A stretch of DNA of 63,989 bases, filler included, from Octopus bimaculoides (lineage: Eukaryota), in NCBI RefSeq assembly GCF_001194135.2. It is 5 parts of 5 records of this genome, joined end to end, with 100 filler letters (N's around TTAATTAATTAA, not from the genome) between each part and the next. Parts side by side here need not be neighbours in the genome. Positions count along the whole stretch, not along the records: positions 62,820 to 63,989 come from NC_068991.1; 4 more parts are not named here. One strand, given 5' to 3'. Shown piece after piece: positions 62,908 to 63,989 of the stretch. Within the stretch, counting starts at the first letter, position 1. Every line of letters starts with the position of its first letter. The notes beneath the pieces were generated by a model. It saw only the letters and a program-made list of their open reading frames with translations, was not told where the DNA came from and ran no database searches. The position numbers and the translations under genes were made by a program.

Positions 62908-63072
62908 TATTGGTGTGTGTGTGTGTGTGTATACATACATATATATATATGTATATTGGTGTGTGTGTGTGTATACATATATATATATATGTACATTGGT
63001 GTGTGTGTATGTATATATATATATTGATAGGTGTGTGTGTGTGTGTGTGCATATGTTTGTGTGTACATATAT

Positions 63073-63129
<57 letters not shown>

Positions 63130-63744
63130 CATATGAAGTGGTAATTAAAATGTTAAAAATCATTCTTTTCTATCATCACCTTCGCTTTCTTTCGTGTAAA
63201 AGGTCGTGTCTCTAATATAGAGTGAAGGACGCACAATCCCTCTTTCTTGCTCCCTCCCTCCCTCTCTCTCTCTCACTTTGTGATTCTGTGTATCTATTTA
63301 ATTTTCGTTGAAAGAATATTTCACTTTCAGTTAGTTAATGAAGTGAATTTTAATTAGTGGTGCTTTCGTGCTTTCCCACTGAGAAATATAGCAAACTGTA
63401 CAATGTTGATCAGACTTCAAAACGAGGATTGATTTCGGAAGTGTATTTTTCTGTGTGTTCGTTATCAAAATACTTTATTCTGCAGATATCGTACAAGATA
63501 GTGAGTTAGCATGTGTTTTACATTCGATTTATTAAATACCATCACCTGTTTTGTCTCTCAGTATATCGGAAATAGTTGTTGGCTTGCTTGCCAAATAGTT
63601 TTTTGTTGCCAGGAATATAGAGTTTTAACAAGAAAGCTTCAACGTAGCTAGTTGTTCATTCTTCATGTTGTAGCCCTTCCCCACCCTACTCTTTCACATT
63701 TTGTACCTATTCACTCTCCCTTTCCCTCTTGTCTCTTTGCTCTC

Positions 63745-63796
<52 letters not shown>

Positions 63797-63989
63797 GCAA
63801 ACAAGCGTTCCTGAAGAATAGAGTCGGAAATTATCTAGTGTGCACCAAACCCTAATTTCTTTGGCTACTGGCTTTAAAACATAAGAAAAGATGAATCTCA
63901 GAGAGGGAAAGAGAAAAAATGAGGAGCAACCGTCTTCACCCTTTGTGTAATATTTCAGTTTTGACTTTCACAAAAAATTTTCTGATGTA

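Overview
AT-rich, repeat-dense animal DNA. The SINE families and microsatellite load point to an octopod cephalopod, probably Octopus (inference). The assembly is a draft with many N gaps and four artificial 100-bp linkers (44 N + TTAATTAATTAA + 44 N). Two protein-coding genes are supported. (1) A complete four-exon, Cys-type glutathione peroxidase of the GPX7/GPX8 group on + (26833-34661, 289 aa, C-terminal HTDL). (2) The first coding exon of a PBX/extradenticle TALE homeobox gene on - (55144-54903). I could not find later PBX exons by eye, so the GPX gene may be nested antisense in PBX intron 1. The rest is mobile DNA and simple repeats: a decayed Buster/Charlie-type hAT transposon, hAT MITEs, CR1 and RTE LINE fragments, Penelope-like (PLE) fragments, at least four SINE families, a 75-bp minisatellite and many microsatellites. 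The most notable unannotated signals are two type I hammerhead-ribozyme-like motifs (41321-41417 on -, 597-641 on +), several long inverted-repeat pairs in the GPX introns, twin fold-back hairpins at 38.3-38.5 kb, and an RTE copy with an inverted 5' segment. Almost all ORFs in the supplied track come from microsatellites or N runs. All identities were estimated by eye and no database was searched.
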